Positions 57,428-64,000 of a DNA stretch of 64,000 bases are shown in pieces (position 1 is the first letter of the stretch; each line of letters opens with the position of its first letter). The notes under the pieces are model-generated. The model saw only the letters and a list, made by a program, of their open reading frames with translations, was not told where the DNA came from and searched no databases. The stretch lies in the NCBI GenBank assembly GCA_951406725.2, contig OX597817.1:118110001-118174000 (forward strand), read 5' to 3'. The position numbers and the translations under genes were made by a program. The DNA is from Octopus vulgaris (taxonomy: Eukaryota).

Positions 57428-57456
57428 TAATAATAATAATAATAATAAATAATAAC

Positions 57457-57741
57457 TCAGATACCAGGAAACCCCAAAATGGCAAAAATTCAAAAGATAG
57501 TGCTTATGGGAACTGCTCATATCCTACGCAAACCACTCTCTATGTAATCCCAAGGTTTAAAACAAACTTTTTTTTTTAATTTATGTATTAGACATTCACT
57601 AGTACAACACCAAAAAAAACCCCACAAATATATGGCACACTAGGCATAACAGCAACGTGAACTCCCAACCTGTTGTCTCTTGAGGTCTCTGGGTGAGACT
57701 TGGAGCCAACTTGTACAGACATAAAGCAAAAGTCAAACATA

Positions 57742-57742
<1 letters not shown>
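57457..57742 (+). mobile_element. Extreme 3' end of another Dong-type LINE family, within (AAT)n
   Basis: QIPGNPKMAKIQKIVLMGTAHILRKPLSM*, a distinct 3' UTR and (AAT)n on both flanks. Confidence 0.82.
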
Positions 57743-57813
<71 letters not shown>

Positions 57814-57864
57814 CAACAACAACAACAATAACAACAACAATAGAAATGATGATAATAATGGTAA

Positions 57865-58409
57865 TGATGCGGTACCGGGCAGTGGCTCTCGTGGCTTCTG
57901 ATCTTGACTAATTGGAAGTGTTTTCGTGTACATTGTTTTGTTTTGGTATAAAAGATGGGCTACAGCAAATATTCTACTCAATCCGACAGATTTGCTTGTC
58001 AATTGTTTGACCTTCAACAGTTGAACATTCCCCTTAGTGTCTGACGATATGTGCGTCTCTGATCACGAGCAGAAGCACGGGGGAAACAAGATAACCATGT
58101 ATTGAAAGGAATTCGTTGAAGGTTGGACAATTCAAATTTGTAAACCTTAGTGTTTCGTTCAACATCTTCAAACAAACCTTATTCAGGGACCTTTTGAGCG
58201 GGATAGGCTACTCGACCTAACGGAAATTCTAACTGGGCTCCACCTGCAAGGTCATGCGCTATTTATCTTGATAGATCACCGTGTCGTGCACATATTGCTG
58301 TCATGCATATGCCTGGTGAAACCTTTCCATGCAGGTTGTCATGATGGGTATACTGGGCTTCGTATATTTTACTCCAGTGTTACTTTGATGGCATGCACTG
58401 CTCTCATTC
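57865..58409 (+). mobile_element. Same ~555-bp element, copy 3 (more diverged)
   Basis: Colinear with 49161-49715 end to end; AAT repeats on both flanks. Confidence 0.87.
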
Positions 58410-58425
58410 AATAATAATATCCTCT

Positions 58426-58531
58426 AAGGCGGTGAGGTGGCAGAAACGTTAGCACGCCGGGCGAAATGCTTTGCGGTACTTCGCCTGCCTTTATGTTCTG
58501 AGTTCAACTTCCGCCGTGGCCGACTTTGCCT
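58426..58531 (+). mobile_element. 5' part of SINE family C
   Basis: AAGGCGGTGAGGTGGCAGAAACGTTAGCACGCCGGGCGAAATGC...GACTTTGCC. Confidence 0.85.
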
Positions 58532-58540
58532 AGAATAATA

Positions 58541-58727
58541 TCATCTGAAAGCCTTACAAATACCCTACAATCTAGGTGTATTGCAAAAATCGGCATTACT
58601 TGGAACTGCACGCATATTGCGTAAAGTTCTGTCAGTGTAAGGTCCTTATTTTTACTTGACAAACAGTACAAACCCCTTATAGACACTATATCTTCAATCA
58701 ACAACATCACGATATTGTATAGTGTGT
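58541..58727 (+). mobile_element. Extreme 3' end of a further Dong-type LINE family
   Basis: HLKALQIPYNLGVLQKSALLGTARILRKVLSV*, a short UTR, then (AAT)n(GAT)n(GAA)n at 58728-58897. Confidence 0.82.
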
Positions 58728-58731
58728 GATG

Positions 58732-58796
<65 letters not shown>

Positions 58797-59344
58797 GATG
58801 ATGATGATGATGATGATGATGAAGAAGAAGAAGAAGAAGAAGAAGAAGAAGAAGAAGAAGAAGAAGAAGAAGAAGAAGAAGAAGAAGAAGAAGAAGAAAA
58901 CACCGGGAACGTTTAGCATGTGAGAGCGATAAAGCATTGCTCCGAAATCTATCCGAAAACATCAGCAATAAAGACAACAAATGGGACAGCGCCTAAAATA
59001 ACCGACAAAGTGTTGGACTATATCGGTGTAATTAATACGCATTAAAATTTATTTCTATTTTCCGAATGTATTTTAACTGTGTGTCACCGCCGTCAGTTGC
59101 ACAACACGTGTAAACATGCTCGCCACATTGGCAACGCACTGGACTACACCCGAGTAAGTAGTACTCATTGAAAGTGTTGGACTGTATCGGAGTTAGTACA
59201 TATTGGACTATATCCAAAAAAGTACTCATGACAACACGTAAGTAAGTTAAATAATTAATTACGTATGGACAGTAGTGTTACATGAACACATTTTCATATT
59301 TTAAAATAACATTAGGTTAGGTATTGACAAGCGCACACACATAT

Positions 59345-62300
59345 GCTAATGGAAAATGGTATTAGGGGATTCGACAATGTATGCATGATCAATGGTGAGA
59401 AAGAGGATTGTTTCAACTCACGGAACAGAGAGTATGTGATCAAGCCAGAACAATAAAAAAAACTTTGGTTCACTGAATTAGAGCTCGAAAATATCAAAAG
59501 TGGGGTATTGGAAAACAGCTACAGTGGAAACGGTGATAACGTTCTTACTGATAAAAGTAATCTTATAACAGAAAACAGAGGTGTGATCTATGATAAACCA
59601 CAGGAAAAGAACTGTGATAGCTTGCTCAATGAGAGACATATAAATGGTGTGGAAGAAGACAACAAAACATGGTAACATGACACATGGGCAAAAAGAAATC
59701 TATGACAGTTTAATGGCAAGGCTAGAGGAGAACAATAGCGATGTTATTTGCAACCATAAAATGTTGATCGGTGGAAATTGAACCGAGAAACGAAAAAATA
59801 TCAATCAAATTCTGAAATACATCAGAACAAATAATTTGATGAAGGCAGCAAGTATTGTTGTAGTAGAAAACGTGGGTGCCGATGACAATGAAAAGGAACA
59901 CAATTTGAGTGACAAAAGAAAAGATCCATGGTGGAAAAGAAGAATCCAGACAGGGTTAGACATGCTCCCGAAGGAAATCTCTATGTTAGACCGAAAATAG
60001 AAAGGGGAGCTTAAAAGCAAACAGAAATACAGGGCGCTGAAAAGGTAGTATAATATTGAGAGAAAGGGCCTGAAGGTAGTAGTGGAAGAAGTGAAACAGC
60101 GCCTCGTTCCAAAGAAAGCAAAGATGGTAAGATACGACCAAAGAATGAAGCGTTGCCACCTGAGCAAGTTACTCGGAGTAATTCAGAAGAGATTATGCAA
60201 AGAGTTTACAGGCGAAATGTTGATACCAGATAACATTGAAAATCAAAGGTTTTGGAGTGACATCTGGAGCAAAGAGAATGAGCTCAAGAAAGATGCTGAA
60301 TGTTTGCAAGAGTTGAAACAAACAGTAGCCTGTCCGCAAAAGGCAGAACTAATCATTTCAGTTATGGAAGTGAAAGAAATCAGCAAAACAATATTCAACT
60401 GGAAAGCCCCTGGAGCAGATGGAGTTCAAGGCTACTGGCTCAAAAGATTTGTTAAATTTCATGCACGAATAGCTGCACAAATTAACACCTTTTTAAACGC
60501 CAACCAAGTAACACTAGAGTGGTTGACTATGCGTAAGACAGTGCTGTGCTTGCAAAACATCGAAAAAGGCAATACGGTAGACAATTACAGGCCGATATCC
60601 TGATATCCTTATATGGATATCATTGACTGGGATAGACGTAGAGTCAATGTAGGGACATCTGGAAAACATGGAGTCCTACCACATGAGAACAAAGGGTGCA
60701 AGCGTAAGGTCAGAGGTACCAAAGAGCAAATCCTGTTAGATCGTAGATAAAACTATAATTAGAGACTGCAAGAATAGGAAAACTAACTTAGCCATGTTAT
60801 GGATCGATTATCGTAGGAATACAATATGATTCTACAGTCGTGGATTATGGAATGTATGAACCCATTTGGTATTGTATCGAATGAATGTTGAGCGATTGCT
60901 TGGAAGAAGTTTGGCGAAGTGGAGGACGGAACTGGCAGCATATGGGAGAAGTTTAGAGACAATGGAAATCAGGAGTGGTATCTTCCAATGGGATTGCCTG
61001 CCCCCACTGATCTTTGTACAGTGCATGATACAACTAACAGTGATTCTGAGGAACGCAAACGCTGGGTATGTATTCAAATGCCGCTAACAAAAAGTCAACC
61101 ACTTGTTATTGTTTATGGATGACTTCAAACTTTATGGTTAAGATGAATCCCAAATCAGTTCCCTCGTTGATACGGTGTATATTTTCAGTGCTGATATCAG
61201 AAAAAGCGTGGTTTGTTAGTCTTGAAGAGAGACACAATTTAATGTAGGGGCTGGCTAACGATACTGTCGGGGGAGATAATGAAGCAGATAGAAGAGACGG
61301 GTTATAAGTACTTGGGGATATTAGAAATGGATAAATTGATGGAGAAAGAAGAGACAGAAAAAGTTAAGGTGGTGTACTTGCGCAGACTGAGACTGATCCT
61401 TAAGTCGAAATTAAACAGACGGAATAACATTGAAGCTATCAACCCCTGGGTAGTTTCCGTACTTAGATATGGAGAGCAGGGGTAATCGCGTGGATAGCAG
61501 ACAAAAAGGCAAGTATGTTGCTGACAAGATATGAGATACTCCACGCAAAATGTGACACCGACAGATTATGTACCAAGTAAATGATGGGAGAATAGGACTG
61601 ATTGGATGCGAACACAGCATTAGATCAGGGGAAAAAAACATAGCATGGCATGTAAAATATGACACAGACCCGCTATTATTGGACGTAGGAAGGTCAGACT
61701 TGTGTAGGATGAAAGATTGCAAAGAGAAAGCATTGTACAAGTACTTGAGAATGAATGAAACTGAAAATAGATGGATAAAGATAAAAATGCATGGACAATT
61801 TCATAGGGATGTCCAAGATAAGACAGAGAAAAAAGATGTCTAAGGATATCTAAACGTGTTTCAAAACCGGAGACGGAGGCTCTAATCTGTGGTGCGCAAG
61901 ACCCAGCGTTAAGAACCAATTATATTAAATAAAGAATACACCACAAATCAGAAAATGATAAGTGCAGAATTTGTGGACAAAATGATGAAACCGTATAGGA
62001 TATTACCAGTGAATGTACGCCACTAGCACAGAAAGAATATAAGATACACCATGACAACATAGCAAGGATAGTCCATTGGACACTTTGCAACAAGTATGGA
62101 CTTGACTGACCAAAATAGTGATACGAACATAAATCCGAACGCATCATCGGAAATGGTAATGTAAAGATCGTATTGGATTTTATGATTCTGTGCGACCATG
62201 AGATGGAGAAAGGAAGCAGGCGATTTTGGATTATAGAAATATCATGCCTAGATGACAACAAGGTATGCAATAAAGAAGAAGGAAATGTTGATAGATATAA

Positions 62301-62568
62301 CAGGTTAACTTCGGAGATTAAGCAGTTGTGGTCGCTGAAAAGGTGGTGGTAGTAGTACGAATAATTACCGGAGCCCTGGGAAAAGTGAGTAAATATCTTG
62401 AGAATTACATGAAACAAATAATGGTTGTAATAAGAGTGTAGTAATTGCATAAAATAGCACTGCTTGGAACTACTCGAATAATCCGGTTGGTCCGTTACCT
62501 TAGTTCATTACTAGTGAACACCTGACCCCGTAGTACATCTCCAGCGAAAGAAGTTGTGCGAAGACATT
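59345..62568 (+). mobile_element. Near full-ORF R4/Dong-clade (RLE) LINE pseudogene: RT, zinc finger and endonuclease
   Basis: N-terminus ERGLFQLTEQRVCDQARTI; RT motifs WKAPGADGVQGYWLK, NYRPIS, LAMLWIDYR, GIFQWDCLPPLIF, LLFMDDFKL and YKYLGILE; zinc finger CRICGQNDETV..ITSEC. (AAT)n tail at 62570-62645. Many stops and frameshifts. Confidence 0.93.
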
Positions 62569-62570
62569 AA

Positions 62571-62645
<75 letters not shown>

Positions 62646-62904
62646 CGTAACATCATGGGTTTGCTTCCTGAAACGGACGGCGAGTTGTGTAGTGGAGTCC
62701 ATATGATGGAGGGATTAAGCTAATGTTCAGTACGAGCATTTGATCATTATAAGCAAATGATCTTTTCTGGTTGTTCAGCAAGAGATTGCAGTACTATCTT
62801 TCTGGAACTCTAGAGACTATAATACATATATATGTTCTTAAGTATGTTGTTTTAATTTAACTATGTTAAACAAATGTCAATATTAACAGATAAGTAAGGC
62901 TGCA

Positions 62905-63100
62905 AACAGGCAGAATCAATAATACACCTGGCAAACAAAGTGCCTAGCGGCTTTTCACCCTTCTTCTCGTCCTGAATTCGTATTGCGCTGGATACAGCTT
63001 TGAGTTTCATTTTTTCGGGGTCGATAAAAAAAGTACTGCATGAGCTGTGGGATCAATGAAATCAACTTACTCCCTCTCCGAACGTGCTAAAATTTGAAAG
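62905..63100 (+). mobile_element. Highly degenerate SINE family C
   Basis: TTTCAT..TTCGGGGTCGATAAAA..AGTAC core and a CTCCCTCTCC tail region. Confidence 0.55.
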
Positions 63101-63268
63101 CAGTATTAAAAGATGAAGCCGTTAAATGAGGTACATACTCTGTGTGCCGCCGCCGTCTAGCTAATTACAACCTGTCTTGGAGAATTCTTGATTCTGGCCA
63201 CCAAGTGATTGAACTTCCATCTCATAATCTTTTATCTCATACACTCTCTATTTTACTGTCTCTCCCCA

Positions 63269-63270
<2 letters not shown>

Positions 63271-63331
<61 letters not shown>
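63271..63331. repeat. (CT)n microsatellite
   Basis: Directly visible. Confidence 0.97.
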
Positions 63332-63334
<3 letters not shown>

Positions 63335-64000
63335 CGTAGCGTATTAAATATATATTTATACTGTAACAATCACTTAATTTCTATATATTTTATCGACATT
63401 TTATTTTCATATTTATAATATCATTTAAGTATATGTGTTCCGTATTTTCAAATGTATTGTGCATACACTTCTGCATTGTTATGTTCTCTCATAAGTAAAC
63501 ATTTTTGCAAATATACGTGAGTACTAATGGAATAATCGTATGAATGCCACTAATTGTATAAAAACATGAGACTGCTTCTATATTATAAACTAGTATCCAT
63601 AAAGGAGGCGTTATATGAAATCATGCCTTAACCATTTATTATTATATTTGGGGTTATAGAATTCTGTTTACCCTTGAAAATTTGAAACTATTTGAATTCC
63701 AAATATTGTATAGGGTTGCTTTGCAAAATCTATTACTTGCTGTGTATTCTAGAATGACTATACTTCTGGATTAGAAGAATTTCAAATAATTTTTCTGTTA
63801 ATAAAGTATAGGCTTTTTTGTTTGTATTTAGTGAGTGTGTGTATACGTGCATACTACACACACACACATACACACCCACCCACCCACATACACACCCACC
63901 CACCCACATACACACCCACCCACCCACCCACATACACACATATATATATACATATGTATGTGTGTCTGTGTATGTCTATGTGTTTATGTGTGTGTTTATG

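Noticed and set aside
59010-59216. CRISPR-like repeat array
   Set aside because: The repeats are short, degenerate and irregularly spaced, the context is eukaryotic, and there are no cas genes.

Overview
AT-rich, microsatellite-saturated eukaryotic DNA in which I found no intact host gene; it is probably intergenic or part of a large intron. The tRNA-derived SINE families and the (TA)n/(AAT)n/(GATA)n landscape resemble what I recall of Octopus (coleoid cephalopod) genomes, but that is an inference. The window is mostly decayed transposons: a Tc1 (IR/DR type), two mariner, two maT/DD37D-like, one rosa/DD41D-like and one piggyBac DNA transposon; a 4.3-kb Helitron with both termini and a broken Rep-PIF1 gene, plus two non-autonomous Helitrons; a Penelope-like retroelement fragment; many R4/Dong-clade LINE pieces piled into (AAT)n tracts; and three SINE families. 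Most notable: (i) a very young 723-bp foldback element with 137-bp near-perfect inverted arms, each carrying a hammerhead-like motif, around a duplicated E-box/CCAAT/E2F-like module; (ii) a near-canonical minimal hammerhead ribozyme fold beside a (TA)n tract; (iii) a ~555-bp non-coding element with a fixed 5' end that sits only in (AAT)n tracts next to Dong-type LINE ends; (iv) a Penelope insertion with twin-priming-like inversion geometry. All family assignments come from motifs recognised by eye, not database searches, and short host exons could have been missed.
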